Counted from the first letter of the stretch, positions 1 to 10,766 are shown. The stretch: 59,527 nucleotides of DNA from Chitinophagia bacterium (GCA_009923745.1 RFSX01000001.1:1-59527); one strand, 5' to 3'. Numbers and translations are program-made. Notes: generated by a model from the letters alone, not told the origin.

Positions 1-603
1 ATTCGTGACCGTAATGCCGCCAGGCTGCTGATACTGAAAAGATAAATCCGGACTGATGGACATTTCAATAGCAGGCTGTACATATTCGGAACCAAGAAAT
101 TCTATCCCCCCTCCAAATGAAATTCCATATGTCCATTTGTTGACATAAACCGGGAAAGGAAAGAAAGGATTGCTATAGCGCGCCTGAACATCCTCCAAAT
201 TATTGGACAATTGATATTCTGCCCTTACGCCCACAAAGTAATATGGCGTCTTCAGGCTCTTGGTCAAAAGCCTCTTTTTAGCACCCGCCATCAGACTTAG
301 GTTGTTAAAAATAAAGGACTGGCTGTTGCTAAAACCGTTTAAGCGAATCACGTTCAATCCACTACCTCGAGAATGATAGCCCAATTGCCCAAAAAATGAG
401 CCTTTGAAATCAGGATCAATACTTTCGATAAAAACAGCTCCATGATAATTGAACATGACCCTTCGGTCAAATCCGTCCCAATTTTGCATCCCAATTGTTG
501 GGCCTAGCTTGGGACCAAAGAAGAAACCGCCTACCTCTTCAGATTGAGATGCCAAAGTGAATGGCAATGACAGGAGAAAGGCTGCCAGGATCAGTATTCG
601 CAT
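1..603 (-). CDS. outer-membrane beta-barrel (porin-family) protein, N-terminal part only; the gene runs off the left edge
   Basis: Not in the ORF track because there is no stop in the window. ATG on the minus strand at 603-601. My translation, MRILILAAFLLSLPFTLASQSEEVGGFFFGPKLG..., gives a signal peptide followed by a Gly/aromatic alternating beta-strand pattern (..GYHSRGSG.., ..YGISFGGGIEF..). Confidence 0.6.
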   Translation of the reverse strand, partial: MRILILAAFLLSLPFTLASQSEEVGGFFFGPKLGPTIGMQNWDGFDRRVMFNYHGAVFIESIDPDFKGSFFGQLGYHSRGSGLNVIRLNGFSNSQSFIFNNLSLMAGAKKRLLTKSLKTPYYFVGVRAEYQLSNNLEDVQARYSNPFFPFPVYVNKWTYGISFGGGIEFLGSEYVQPAIEMSISPDLSFQYQQPGGITVTN

Positions 604-623
604 GGCGTATTTTTGTCGCTAAT

Positions 624-1526
624 TTAAAATATAAAATTCGGATCGCTTGAGGCCATGGTACCATCGCTGAAGCGCGTGAATTCAGGTCTCTTGAGCAGAC
701 GGATCTTCTTTTTGAGATTCAGCTTTTCACCTCTTAAGGGCTCTGCATCCTTGGGAAGCCTGTTTCGCAATCTCAGGCTGGATTCATCCAGGCCATACAG
801 GTAAGCGATCTCAGCCAGGGTCTCGCCTTCACGAACGGTATGATGCTTTGCATTTTTATTTACCCTGTAGCGTCGTTGGCTGCTTGTTGCATTTGTATGA
901 GATGCCTCAGTAGGTTTAGTATTCACTGCTGCGACATCATTTGAGCTGTCAGCCTCACCTTCCTCGATACCTGTATCTGCAAGGATTGGCTCATCCTCAA
1001 AAACCGTATGTCCGCTATCCAACTCGTAGAGCTCATACTTTTCTATTATATCAATCAGCTTATTTGCATAGGTTTTATCTGTAGCATAGCCCGCCGTTCG
1101 TAGTCCTTTAGCCCAGGCTTTATAGTCGGTCGTTTTATAGTCAAAAAGGAATCGGTACCTGTTTTGTTTGACCAGGAATTCACTATGCGCCATGAAAGAC
1201 TCCATGGCCGAATCAAATTTCCTGAAACAGGATTTTATGAGTTTTCCGTTTTTGTAATCGTCATCTTCCCGGTAAAAGGTGTCTCCTTCCCATACGCCGC
1301 CGCATTTTATACCAAAATGGTTGTTGGCTTCCCTAGCTAATGTGCTTCTGCCTGCCCCTGACTCCAAAAGGGCTTGTGCCATTTTGATACTGGCAGGTAT
1401 ACCTGTACGTTGCATCTCACTGACTGCGATTTGCTTGTATTGGGAAATGTAATTGATGCTGGGATTATTAGCCATCAACACATTATGAATCATCAAAATT
1501 ACAAAGGCTGCAAGCGCTCTATTCAT
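624..1526 (-). CDS. peptidoglycan hydrolase: N-acetylglucosaminidase (FlgJ-type glucosaminidase domain) with a C-terminal LysM domain
   Basis: Signal peptide. The stretch IPASIKMAQALLESGAGRS...NNHFGIK...YATDKTYANKLI is typical of the glucosaminidase family. The C-terminal HTVREGETLAEIAYLYGL..LRLRNRL is a LysM motif. Confidence 0.85.
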   Translation of the reverse strand: MNRALAAFVILMIHNVLMANNPSINYISQYKQIAVSEMQRTGIPASIKMAQALLESGAGRSTLAREANNHFGIKCGGVWEGDTFYREDDDYKNGKLIKSCFRKFDSAMESFMAHSEFLVKQNRYRFLFDYKTTDYKAWAKGLRTAGYATDKTYANKLIDIIEKYELYELDSGHTVFEDEPILADTGIEEGEADSSNDVAAVNTKPTEASHTNATSSQRRYRVNKNAKHHTVREGETLAEIAYLYGLDESSLRLRNRLPKDAEPLRGEKLNLKKKIRLLKRPEFTRFSDGTMASSDPNFIF

Positions 1527-1726
1527 ATAACAACTATTTATAATTTATAATTATTACAAAAACAGTGCCTTAATTATAGACTTGCGCCTCTTACGCGACC
1601 AGTTATACGTCTATTGAAGGGGCAACTCAGAAAGGGTGTCGGTTAATGAGCTTGGCACTATTGGATGATTGATATCATAAAGACTATGACTGGAACGGAT
1701 TTTTACAGCTTTTATTGGAACGATAG

Positions 1727-2128
1727 CTAGTCGGCGTCCTGCACCAATTCTACGAGAAGACCATTGGCTCCCTTGGGGTGCAGAAAGCAGACAAGTTTAT
1801 TGTCTGCCCCATTCTGGGGTTCTTCGCTAAGAAGGGTAAAGCCTTCCTTTGTCAGTCGCGCCATCTCGTATCGGATATCACTCACTGAAAAGGCAACGTG
1901 GTGAAGCCCTTCACCGCGCTTCTCTATAAATTTGTTGATAACGCTATCGCTTGAGCTAGCTTTTAGCAATTCGATCTTGTTGTTGCCAGCTCTCAAAAAG
2001 CTGGTGGTTACTTTTTGCTCTTCGACATATTCCCTTTTATAAACGTGTGTGTTTAATAGGCTTTCAAAAAGTTTTTCGCTCTCTTCAAGATTCTTGACTG
2101 CAATTCCAAGGTGTTCTATTTTTTTCAT
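1727..2128 (-). CDS. mce: methylmalonyl-CoA epimerase (VOC/glyoxalase fold)
   Basis: 133 aa. MKKIEHLGIAV..., ..GEGLHHVAFSV.. and the C-terminal ..GLLVELVQ match the epimerase pattern. Confidence 0.75.
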   Translation of the reverse strand: MKKIEHLGIAVKNLEESEKLFESLLNTHVYKREYVEEQKVTTSFLRAGNNKIELLKASSSDSVINKFIEKRGEGLHHVAFSVSDIRYEMARLTKEGFTLLSEEPQNGADNKLVCFLHPKGANGLLVELVQDAD

Positions 2129-2196
2129 CTGCTAAGCTTACTGTAACAATTGGGTTAAATCGCAGTTAAAGATATGAAATGCAGTACTTGAACACA

Positions 2197-2204
2197 TAAC
2201 TTTG
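2197..2204 (+). promoter_or_regulatory. candidate Bacteroidota -7 box, TAACTTTG (TAnnTTTG), for the histidine kinase / response regulator operon
   Basis: Exact TAnnTTTG match 32 nt upstream of the ATG at 2236. No good TTTG -33 partner was seen. Confidence 0.3.
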
Positions 2205-2235
2205 TTTTATCGCTTATCTTGTCTGAGCTTTTTGT

Positions 2236-3648
2236 ATGAACAGAAAAATGATTTGGGCCATAATAATACTCATGAGCATTGCCCTCATTGGCATTGCTCT
2301 GACCCAGCTTATATGGATCAAAGCTCAGGTAGATCTGGATGAAAAAAACTTTGACGACCGTGTATATATGGCACTCAATAATGTCAAAGCACAACTCAAA
2401 AGCGATACGGATACCAAGGATTTTGTAGAACAGTGGATAAAAAGCAAGAGGTCCATATTTGGAAAAAACGAATCCTTGCTCAACGAATACATTTCATCTA
2501 ATAAGCGCAGTATGCGCAGCCTGGCGATTGAAAGTGCCCTCCAACAGATTTCGCCAGAATACTTACTGGAATCAATCGATAGAAACAAACTGGATAATTA
2601 CCTCCGTGTTGAACTTGCAGACCAGGGAATCAAAATTAAATATGATTATGGCATTTTTTCAAACGCGACCAATGAATTCATTATCAGAAATGGCGTATTT
2701 GCCGTTCCGCTTGTGGGTGATGCCAGCAGTGAGATAAGAAATAATAAGGGACTTGAAAACTCTCCCTACAAGGTAAGTCTCTTTCTAGAAGAAGGCTCTC
2801 CGGGACACTTAAGAATATTCTTTCCAAATAAAAGGAGTTTTCTCTGGGCCCAGGTGCTGCCATCGATGCTGACATCATTTCTCTTCACCGGCCTCGTTGT
2901 CTTTTGCTTTGCCTATACCATTTATGTGATCTTACGACAAAAGAAAGTCTCTGAAATGAAGACCGACTTTATCAACAATATGACTCATGAGTTTAAAACA
3001 CCGATAGCCACTATCTCTCTTGCCGCTGACTCTATCACCAATGATTCTGTAGTCACACAACCGGATAAGGTGAGCCGGTTCGCAGGCATCATTAAACAAG
3101 AGAATAAGCGCATGCTGGACCAGGTCGAAAAAGTTTTGCAAATGGCAAGAATTGACAAACAGGACTTTCAGCTCAACCTGACCGAGGTCAATATCAACAC
3201 TGTCGTTTACAAAGCCGCCGAGAACTCACGACTGAAAATTGCGAAAAGACAAGGTGTCTTGACCACTGAACTGGATGCGCAAAGTCCTGTTATCAGAGCA
3301 GATGTGACCCATATTTCTAATATCGTCTATAATTTGCTGGATAACGCCGAAAAATATTCGACAGACATTCCGGAAATCTTAATTTCAACGCGAAATGTAA
3401 AGGATGGTGTAGAGCTTATTGTCAGTGATAAAGGAATTGGCATGAGCAAGGAAGCCATCAAACATATATTTGACAAGTTTTATCGTGTACACACCGGAAA
3501 CAGGCACGATGTGAAAGGCTTTGGTCTAGGCTTGAGTTATGTAAAGGCGCTGGTAAGTGCACACAATGGAACTATAAGCGTCGATTCTGAATTGGACAAA
3601 GGGAGTACATTCACTGCCTTTTTTCCTTTTAAATGTAAGGCCAGATAA
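2236..3648 (+). CDS. two-component sensor histidine kinase (RprX-like)
   Basis: Two TM segments. H-box FINNMTHEFKTPIATI, N-box LLDNAEKYS, G1 DKGIGM, G2 GFGLGLSYV. Confidence 0.9.
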   Translation: MNRKMIWAIIILMSIALIGIALTQLIWIKAQVDLDEKNFDDRVYMALNNVKAQLKSDTDTKDFVEQWIKSKRSIFGKNESLLNEYISSNKRSMRSLAIESALQQISPEYLLESIDRNKLDNYLRVELADQGIKIKYDYGIFSNATNEFIIRNGVFAVPLVGDASSEIRNNKGLENSPYKVSLFLEEGSPGHLRIFFPNKRSFLWAQVLPSMLTSFLFTGLVVFCFAYTIYVILRQKKVSEMKTDFINNMTHEFKTPIATISLAADSITNDSVVTQPDKVSRFAGIIKQENKRMLDQVEKVLQMARIDKQDFQLNLTEVNINTVVYKAAENSRLKIAKRQGVLTTELDAQSPVIRADVTHISNIVYNLLDNAEKYSTDIPEILISTRNVKDGVELIVSDKGIGMSKEAIKHIFDKFYRVHTGNRHDVKGFGLGLSYVKALVSAHNGTISVDSELDKGSTFTAFFPFKCKAR

Positions 3649-3685
3649 AAGAAAATAATCAATAAGAACATAAAAATCAGATACA

Positions 3686-4423
3686 ATGGAAGACAAGAAG
3701 ACCCAAGGAATTTTACTGGTAGAAGATGATCAGAACTTCGGAGATGTTCTAAAGTCATACCTCGAAATGCATAGCTATACAGTAGATTTGGCCAAAGATG
3801 GCGATGAAGGCTTGCTCAAATTCAATAAAGGGGAATACGATCTTTGCATTTTTGATGTGATGATGCCCAAAAAAGATGGCTTTACGCTGGCAAAAGAGAT
3901 ACGGGGAAAAAACAGTGAGGTACCAATCATCTTCCTGACTGCCAAGTCGCTCAAAGAAGATGTCCTTGAAGGCTTTAAGATTGGAGCAGATGATTACATT
4001 ACTAAACCGTTCAATTCAGAAGAGCTGCTTCTGCGGGTTCAGGCCATCTTGCGAAGGGCCGGTGGAAAAACAGAGGATGAAGAAAAAGATATCAAAGAAT
4101 TTAAGCTTGGAAACTTTGTGTTCAATTATCCGCTCCGCATATTAACTTATACAGACCCGGATGGTCAAGTAAGTAAGGATAACCTCTCACCGAAGGAGGC
4201 GCATTTGCTTAGAATGTTTTGCATCCACAAGAACGACGTTCTTCCACGTTCAAAGGCCCTTACCAAAATTTGGGGTGAAGACAATTATTTCACGGCAAGA
4301 AGTATGGATGTCTTTGTTACAAAACTGAGAAAATACCTTAGCAAGGACGAAAACCTGGAAATAGTAAATATCCACGGTAATGGCTTCCGTTTGATTGACA
4401 GAACCGTTGCTGTGTTGGAATAG
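3686..4423 (+). CDS. OmpR-family response regulator (RprY-like), receiver plus winged-helix domain
   Basis: LLVEDD..., phospho-acceptor context CIFDVMMPKKDG, LTAKS, and a C-terminal trans_reg_C-like ..VFVTKLRKYL..IVNIHGNGFRL. Confidence 0.9.
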   Translation: MEDKKTQGILLVEDDQNFGDVLKSYLEMHSYTVDLAKDGDEGLLKFNKGEYDLCIFDVMMPKKDGFTLAKEIRGKNSEVPIIFLTAKSLKEDVLEGFKIGADDYITKPFNSEELLLRVQAILRRAGGKTEDEEKDIKEFKLGNFVFNYPLRILTYTDPDGQVSKDNLSPKEAHLLRMFCIHKNDVLPRSKALTKIWGEDNYFTARSMDVFVTKLRKYLSKDENLEIVNIHGNGFRLIDRTVAVLE

Positions 4424-4447
4424 TACCCAAAAGATTTACATATGTGC

Positions 4448-4479
4448 CTATTCAATGATCCTGAGTGATCATTGAATAG
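4448..4479. terminator. perfect 13-bp inverted repeat with a 6-nt loop between convergent genes; candidate bidirectional terminator
   Basis: CTATTCAATGATC-ctgagt-GATCATTGAATAG lies between the regulator stop (4423) and the ftsH stop (4482). No clear U-tract on either side. Confidence 0.45.
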
Positions 4480-4481
4480 CA

Positions 4482-6494
4482 TCATGAGACAATTTCGTCT
4501 TCCTCTTTTACGTCTTGAGAACCTTCCTGATCCTCGTTAAACAATTCCTCGTATTTGCTGCTGCTTCTATCAATAAGTGGCTTGAACTCTTCATTTTCAG
4601 GGAACGGCCTCTTGCCTATAAGTCTCTCGACATCTGACTTGAGAATAAGCTCTTTCTCAAGCAATTGATTTGCTATGATATCAAGCTCCTTTCTTTTCTC
4701 GGTAAGCAGTGCCTGTGCCGAGGCATATTGGCGTTCTATAAGTTTCCTAACCTCTTCGTCAATCAGCTTGGCCGTCTCATCTGAATACGGCTTATTGAAG
4801 TTGTCCTGAGACATGCCGTAAAACGAAACATTACCCACTTTATCGTTCATACCAAATACAGAGATCATTGAATATGCCATCTTGGTAACCTGGTCAAGAT
4901 CGTTCTGAGCACCTGTAGATATCTTGTCAAAAACAATCTTCTCTGCGGCGCGACCACCAAGAGTCATTGTCATCCTGTCCAGCAATGCCTCTGTTCTTGT
5001 AATGTACTCTTCTTTCGGAAGGTACTGGGCATACCCGAGCGTACCTATACCCCTTGGAACAATTGTCACTTTCACAAGAGGGGAAGCGTGTTGTAAATAC
5101 CATCCACAGACGGCATGTCCTGCCTCATGATATGCGATAATCTCTTTTTCTTTAGGTGATATGATCTTGTTCTTCTTTTCAAGACCCCCGATAACCCGGT
5201 CAAGTGCATAGTTGAAATCATCCATTTCAACCGCTTTCTTATTGTTGCGAGCGGCCACCAGGGCTGCTTCATTACATACATTTGCAATTTCAGCCCCGGC
5301 AAATCCCGGAGTCATCTCAGCTAGAATATAAGGATCGACTTCTGCTGAAGTTTTGATAAACTTAAGGTGTACCTTGAAAATAGCTTCCCGCCCCTGCAAG
5401 TCGGGTCTGTCAATACCAATTTGACGGTCAAATCGTCCCGGCCTGAGCAGAGCATTGTCCAATATATCTGGCCTGTTGGTGGCCGCCATCAGGATAACTC
5501 CTTTATCTGTTGAAAATCCATCCATCTCTACCAGCAACTGGTTCAGGGTGTTTTCTCTTTCATCGTTTCCTCCCTGGAAAGCAGATCGGCCCCTTGCCCT
5601 GCCGATGGCATCGATTTCATCTATGAAAATAATGCACGGTGCTTTTTCTCTCGCTTGCTTGAAAAGGTCACGCACTCTTGAGGCACCAACACCAACAAAC
5701 ATTTCCACAAAATCACTACCCGAAATCGAAAAGAACGGCACCCCTGCTTCTCCTGCCACAGCTTTAGCCAGTAGTGTTTTTCCTGTGCCGGGAGGGCCTA
5801 CAAGCAATACCCCTTTAGGGATCTTACCGCCCAGTGAAGTATATTTTTTGGGATTTTTTAAAAAATCCACCACCTCCATAACTTCTTCCTTGGCTTCTTC
5901 AAGGCCTGCCACATCCTTGAATGTCACGCTTACCTGGGCATCATCATTATTAAAGAGTGTGGCCTTCGACTTTCCTATATTAAAGATCTGTGCTCCCGGA
6001 CCTCCAGGGCCGGAGCCTACCCGCCTCATAAAAAATACCCATAAACCTATTATCAAGGCAAAAGGTATAACCCAGCTTAGTATCTGGGATAAGTAATTGG
6101 TCTCGGTAACAAATTTTGGATCAATAAGCGGCTTGTTGGGATCTGTATTGATATCTTCGTCGACCATCTTATAGAAGAGATTAACATCGCCGATATTCAT
6201 CGTGTAATGGGGTTGCTGCAGCTTGAATTTTGACTCTGTAAACTCCGGGTATTTATCAAGGTATTCCTTTTTAAGATATATCCTCGCCACTTCCTTATTC
6301 ACGACAATGACCTTGTCAATATGGCCCTTCTTGGCAATATCCTTAAAGCGATTCAGGCTCAGTTCGTCCGTCTTGCCACCCAATAGCGTGATCACATTCA
6401 TGGATAAGATGATGAATATAATCAGACCATATATCCAGTATGAATTGAGCGGAAACTTTTTCGGATTCTTATCTTCCTTTTTTTTATCTGACAT
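4482..6494 (-). CDS. ftsH: ATP-dependent zinc metalloprotease FtsH
   Basis: Two TM segments, Walker A GPPGTGKT, Walker [12 protein letters not shown] region, zinc site HEAGHA. Confidence 0.97.
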   Translation of the reverse strand: MSDKKKEDKNPKKFPLNSYWIYGLIIFIILSMNVITLLGGKTDELSLNRFKDIAKKGHIDKVIVVNKEVARIYLKKEYLDKYPEFTESKFKLQQPHYTMNIGDVNLFYKMVDEDINTDPNKPLIDPKFVTETNYLSQILSWVIPFALIIGLWVFFMRRVGSGPGGPGAQIFNIGKSKATLFNNDDAQVSVTFKDVAGLEEAKEEVMEVVDFLKNPKKYTSLGGKIPKGVLLVGPPGTGKTLLAKAVAGEAGVPFFSISGSDFVEMFVGVGASRVRDLFKQAREKAPCIIFIDEIDAIGRARGRSAFQGGNDERENTLNQLLVEMDGFSTDKGVILMAATNRPDILDNALLRPGRFDRQIGIDRPDLQGREAIFKVHLKFIKTSAEVDPYILAEMTPGFAGAEIANVCNEAALVAARNNKKAVEMDDFNYALDRVIGGLEKKNKIISPKEKEIIAYHEAGHAVCGWYLQHASPLVKVTIVPRGIGTLGYAQYLPKEEYITRTEALLDRMTMTLGGRAAEKIVFDKISTGAQNDLDQVTKMAYSMISVFGMNDKVGNVSFYGMSQDNFNKPYSDETAKLIDEEVRKLIERQYASAQALLTEKRKELDIIANQLLEKELILKSDVERLIGKRPFPENEEFKPLIDRSSSKYEELFNEDQEGSQDVKEEDEIVS

Positions 6495-6596
6495 TCTAGT
6501 TCTTTCTTGTTATTTAACTTCAGAGATTCTTTCCTGATTGTTTTCCGGAGATGTTCTGTATATAATCTTCAAGCCTGAAAATCGTTCATTCAAAGC

Positions 6597-7034
6597 CTAA
6601 ATATTTTGATATTCCGTCTGCTTGGCATCGCTCCACAATTCTTCAATTTCATAAAATCTTCTGGTTTCAGGATAGAATACGTGGACGATAACATCAAAAT
6701 AATCGACAAGTACCCAGGTGCCGCTCTGTTTTCCTTCCACATGCGATGGCCTTAGCCCTGCTTCTTCTTTGAGCCTTTTAACGATATTATTGGCAATCGC
6801 GCTTATCTGAGTGCTTGAATCACCTTCACAAATAATGAAATAATCTGTCGGAGCATCATCCAGTTCCCGAAGATCAAGACTTACGATGTTTTTGCCTTTA
6901 ATATCCTGGATACTGTCAACGATAAGTTCAGTAATTTGGGTAGTGCTTAAATGTTTTTCTTGCTGCGCTGTCTTTTCTTGCAAATTTTTCAGGTATTTAG
7001 CATTTTCAAAATTACATAAATAAAGTTCTTTCAT
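6597..7034 (-). CDS. rsfS: ribosome silencing factor RsfS
   Basis: IVDSIQDIKGKNIVSLDLREL...DYFIICEGDSSTQ...WVLVDYFDVIVHVF is the RsfS/iojap pattern. I reject the tracked start at 7124. The ATG at 7034 shares a base with the birA TTG start, so the in-frame TTG at 6983 (128 aa) is a realistic alternative. Confidence 0.8.
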   Translation of the reverse strand: MKELYLCNFENAKYLKNLQEKTAQQEKHLSTTQITELIVDSIQDIKGKNIVSLDLRELDDAPTDYFIICEGDSSTQISAIANNIVKRLKEEAGLRPSHVEGKQSGTWVLVDYFDVIVHVFYPETRRFYEIEELWSDAKQTEYQNI

Positions 7035-7795
7035 TGAGTTCTCTGACCCATTCACTAATTCAAAGGCATATTTATCTGGACTCAATTGCATCCACCAATG
7101 CATTCGTCCATTCTTTAATATCAAAAAACAATCCAGCCGAGAATTTGTGTGTCTATACCTTCAATCAGACCCAAGGAAGAGGACAAATTGGCAGATTTTG
7201 GTACAGCGGACGCGAAAAGAACATCAGTTTGTCATACCTGATCCACTTCATGGATATTCCCGTTTCCAGGCACTTTTACCTGAATATGGCTATTTGCCTT
7301 AGCCTGAGAGATTTCATATCGAAGCTTGTTGCTGACCATGAAGTAAAGGCCAAATGGCCCAATGACATTTACATCAATAATAAAAAACTGGCGGGCCTCT
7401 TAATTCAGAATCAGCTCAGAAATAAATCTATTGTAAACTCAATTATCGGAATTGGTTTAAATGTAAATGAAGACACTATACCCGAAAGCCTGCCACATGC
7501 AACAAGTCTGTACCTGCAATCCGGGACAGAGTATAATCTGATATCTGTGATACAGGATTTGAGTGCTTTTTTCCCCAAGCGAGTACAATACTATCTATCC
7601 GATTATTCTGCATTGGAAGCGAATTACATTCAGGCTCTCTGGGGATTAAACGAAGAACACAGCTTCAAGGATCTACAAAACGTATGCTTCAAAGGATTTA
7701 TTCGCGGCGTAAACACTGAAGGCAAGTTGATTGTTGAATCATTATACGGCATACGCAGCTATAACAATCACGAAATAGAATTAGTCCTGGAATGA
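7034..7795 (+). CDS. birA: biotin--[acetyl-CoA-carboxylase] ligase (no N-terminal HTH)
   Basis: LDSIASTNAF... and QTQGRGQIGRFW (GRGRxGRxW-type motif). TTG start, exact position uncertain. Confidence 0.8.
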   Translation: MSSLTHSLIQRHIYLDSIASTNAFVHSLISKNNPAENLCVYTFNQTQGRGQIGRFWYSGREKNISLSYLIHFMDIPVSRHFYLNMAICLSLRDFISKLVADHEVKAKWPNDIYINNKKLAGLLIQNQLRNKSIVNSIIGIGLNVNEDTIPESLPHATSLYLQSGTEYNLISVIQDLSAFFPKRVQYYLSDYSALEANYIQALWGLNEEHSFKDLQNVCFKGFIRGVNTEGKLIVESLYGIRSYNNHEIELVLE

Positions 7796-9030
7796 AAGCT
7801 TGCATAGTTACCATTGGTGACGAAATATTGATTGGACAAATCATCGACAGCAACAGTGTCTGGCTAAGTCAGCAACTCACGAATCTAGGTATTGATGTCG
7901 TAAGAATGATGTCTATTTCCGATGATGATCCAGCAATCTCATCCGCCCTGGATGAATGCCTGGCAATATCAGATATTGTTTTATTAACCGGTGGCCTCGG
8001 ACCGACCAAAGATGACATCACAAAGAAAAGCCTGGCTCAATACTTCAAACGCAATATGGTTTTTGACCAGGAACTCTTCGATAAAATCTGCGCCTATTTC
8101 AATAAGCTTGGCATACCCGTGACCGAGCTGCACAGGCAGCAATGCTACATGCCTTCTGACATTGTAACGCTCAAGAACAATATGGGTACCGCCCCGGGTA
8201 TGCTATTCAAAGAAGGCAGCCAATGGATCGTTTCCATGCCAGGAGTGCCCTATGAGATGAAACATATTTTCAGCGAAGCATTGTTGCCAGAGCTGAAAGA
8301 AAACATTCCCTCACTGGACAGTATTTACTACCGTACCATACGAACAGCCGGTGTAGGGGAAACCAGACTTGTGGAGCTCATTTCGGATATAATAGATGAA
8401 CTCCCCAGGCAAATCTCCTTGGCTTATCTTCCCAGCCTTGGACATGTCAAATTGAGACTTACTACAAAAGAAGCCAATGCATATTCAAATCAACTGGATG
8501 GCTTTGTGGATCGCATCAGTGAACGCCTCGGGATAAAAGTATACGGCTATGACAACATCATTCTTGAAGAAGCATTGAAGCGGGACTTTGAAAAGACAGG
8601 ACTTAGCCTGGCCACAGCAGAATCTTGCACAGGGGGCTTTCTGGCGCACCGCATCACCAGTATATCCGGTTCTTCAAGCTACTTCCTTGGCAGCATAGTG
8701 AGCTATTCCAATGATATGAAAAAAAATCTCCTTGGCGTGAAAGCCCAAACATTAAAAGTACATGGAGCCGTCAGTGAGGAAACGGTTCTGGAAATGCTTG
8801 ATGGAGTCCTCAAGGCAACAGGAGCTGCTATTGGCGTGTCGGTTTCTGGAATTGCAGGACCTGGTGGCGGCAGTGTCGAAAAACCTGTAGGTACAATATG
8901 GCTGGCCTGGGGAAATAAAGAGAAGAAGAAAACACGGAAACTACAGCTTTCAAAAGACAGATTAAAAAATATTGAGTATACCTCAGTAGCAGCTATGAAT
9001 AGTCTCAGATTGTTTTTAACTGAACTATAA
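7792..9030 (+). CDS. cinA: CinA family protein (MoCF-binding domain plus nicotinamide-nucleotide amidohydrolase PncC domain)
   Basis: MKACIVTIGDEILIGQIIDSNS..., TGGLGPTKDDIT, and a C-terminal ..ATAESCTGG..SGIAGPGGG. ATGA overlap with the birA stop. Confidence 0.9.
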   Translation: MKACIVTIGDEILIGQIIDSNSVWLSQQLTNLGIDVVRMMSISDDDPAISSALDECLAISDIVLLTGGLGPTKDDITKKSLAQYFKRNMVFDQELFDKICAYFNKLGIPVTELHRQQCYMPSDIVTLKNNMGTAPGMLFKEGSQWIVSMPGVPYEMKHIFSEALLPELKENIPSLDSIYYRTIRTAGVGETRLVELISDIIDELPRQISLAYLPSLGHVKLRLTTKEANAYSNQLDGFVDRISERLGIKVYGYDNIILEEALKRDFEKTGLSLATAESCTGGFLAHRITSISGSSSYFLGSIVSYSNDMKKNLLGVKAQTLKVHGAVSEETVLEMLDGVLKATGAAIGVSVSGIAGPGGGSVEKPVGTIWLAWGNKEKKKTRKLQLSKDRLKNIEYTSVAAMNSLRLFLTEL

Positions 9031-9057
9031 TTGGCTTAACTTTACATCCTAAATCAA

Positions 9058-10416
9058 ATGAAAATGGCCAAATTCGAGTTAGTAATGCCCAAAATGGGGG
9101 AAAGCATCATGGAAGCCACTATCCTCAAGTGGGTAAAAAATGTTGGTGATAGCGTCACGGAAGATGAAACCATTCTCGAAATTGCTACTGACAAGGTGGA
9201 TTCGGAAATACCCTCTCCAGTAGATGGAACAATCGCTGAAATTCGGTTCAATGAAGATGATGTCGTGGAAGTTGGAAAGGTCATCGCCATTATCAATACC
9301 GAAGGTGAGGAACCATCATCGAACGGCCATACCTCTGATCTCGATTCAAAGACAGAAGAAACAACAAAACCAAAACCCGTCGAAATAAAGGCCGAGTCTG
9401 CTCCAAGCCGTCAGGCAGTACGTGTATCTGCCGATTACTCAAGCAGTTCCTCAGGCAGGTTTTATAGCCCCTTGGTCAAAAGCATAGCCAAAAAGGAAAA
9501 TATGGCCATGGCCGAGTTGGAGCTGATAGCCGGAACGGGTTCAAATGGTCGAGTTACAAAAAAAGATATTCTGTATTACCTAGAAACGCGTTCAACTGCT
9601 CCCGTAAACGGTCACTCGAAAGCCGCCGCGCTCGAGCCAACACCAAGTCCGCAAGCTAAAGAAACAGTCAGCTCAACTTCAGCAACAGCAGTAAAAAGCA
9701 TTAGTGGTGATCATGAAATCGTAGAAATGGACAGGATGCGGAAGTTGATAGCAGACCATATGGTCATGTCTAAGCACACTTCTCCGCACGTGACATCTTT
9801 TGTGGAAGCGGATGTTACCAACCTCGTTAAATGGAGAGAAAACACTAAAGCAGAGTATATAAAAAAGTATGGAGAGAAAATCACCTATACGCCCATCTTT
9901 GTCGAAGCTGTAGTGAAAGCCATTAAGGACTTTCCAATGATCAATATTTCTGTAGATGGTAAAAATCTCATCGTCAAGAAAAACATCAATGTTGGTATGG
10001 CTGCCGCACTACCATCTGGCAACCTGATAGTGCCGGTTATCAAAAATGCTGATTTCCTTAACCTCCCCGGCCTCACTAAATCGGTCAACGATCTGGCACG
10101 AAGAGCGAGAGAAAACAAACTGAAGCCTGAAGAAATACAAGATGGCACATTCACAATAACAAATGTGGGCACCTTTGGAAACGTCATGGGCACGCCAATT
10201 ATAAATCAGCCTCAGGTCGCTATCATGGCTACTGGCGCTATCAGAAAAAAACCTGCCGTGCTTGAAACAGAATACGGAGATGTCATAGCTGTAAGACAAA
10301 TGATGTACTTGTCATTATCCTATGATCACCGTGTCGTTGATGGCTTCCTGGGAGGTTCTTTCCTCAGGAAGGTCGCCGACTACCTTGAATCGTTTGATCC
10401 AGCTCGTGAAATATAG
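9058..10416 (+). CDS. 2-oxoacid dehydrogenase E2 component (dihydrolipoamide acyltransferase)
   Basis: Lipoyl domain (..EIATDKVDSEIPSP..), an Ala/Ser/Pro linker, an E3-binding segment (SPLVKSIAKKENM...GRVTKKDI) and the catalytic motif SYDHRVVDG. No E1 or E3 gene in the window. Confidence 0.9.
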   Translation: MKMAKFELVMPKMGESIMEATILKWVKNVGDSVTEDETILEIATDKVDSEIPSPVDGTIAEIRFNEDDVVEVGKVIAIINTEGEEPSSNGHTSDLDSKTEETTKPKPVEIKAESAPSRQAVRVSADYSSSSSGRFYSPLVKSIAKKENMAMAELELIAGTGSNGRVTKKDILYYLETRSTAPVNGHSKAAALEPTPSPQAKETVSSTSATAVKSISGDHEIVEMDRMRKLIADHMVMSKHTSPHVTSFVEADVTNLVKWRENTKAEYIKKYGEKITYTPIFVEAVVKAIKDFPMINISVDGKNLIVKKNINVGMAAALPSGNLIVPVIKNADFLNLPGLTKSVNDLARRARENKLKPEEIQDGTFTITNVGTFGNVMGTPIINQPQVAIMATGAIRKKPAVLETEYGDVIAVRQMMYLSLSYDHRVVDGFLGGSFLRKVADYLESFDPAREI

Positions 10417-10443
10417 GCCACAGGTGTGGTGTTTAAGTCCGAT

Positions 10444-10732
10444 ATGGGTCTGGTCCGTATCTTAATGTTTGTCGCCATCTTTATATGTGGCTCCTGCTCA
10501 AAACTCATACCTTGACGAAGCGCAGCAAGCCAGAGACCCTTGCTTGTACAATGGTGTTTACATTCGCTCTGAAGCAGGGACCCAAAATAATAACTATTAT
10601 ATAGGATTGTATGCAACTCTCTTTGATGGCCTAGTCTTGACAGAAAGCTTGCCCGATACGCGGGGTGTTCGCCCTGAAATCAATGCTTTTTTAAGTCACG
10701 CCTTTTGTCCGGTGATCTTTTACGCGAGATGA
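10444..10732 (+). pseudogene. possible small lipoprotein gene broken by a 1-nt frameshift (or a sequencing error) in an A-run
   Basis: The ATG at 10444 gives MGLVRILMFVAIFICGSCSKLIP*, a signal peptide plus Cys. The +1 frame stays open to 10732 (..NSYLDEAQQARDPCLYNGVYIRSEAG...). Removing one A from TCAAAACTC joins the two frames. Confidence 0.3.
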
Positions 10733-10766
10733 CTGCCCGTTTTACAGAACTCAAGAAAATAATTCC

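Noticed and set aside
5455-6096. 213-aa ORF antisense to ftsH
   Set aside because: It lies entirely inside the highly conserved AAA+ module of ftsH. The translation is Ser/Pro/Thr-rich nonsense with no start context. It is a shadow ORF.
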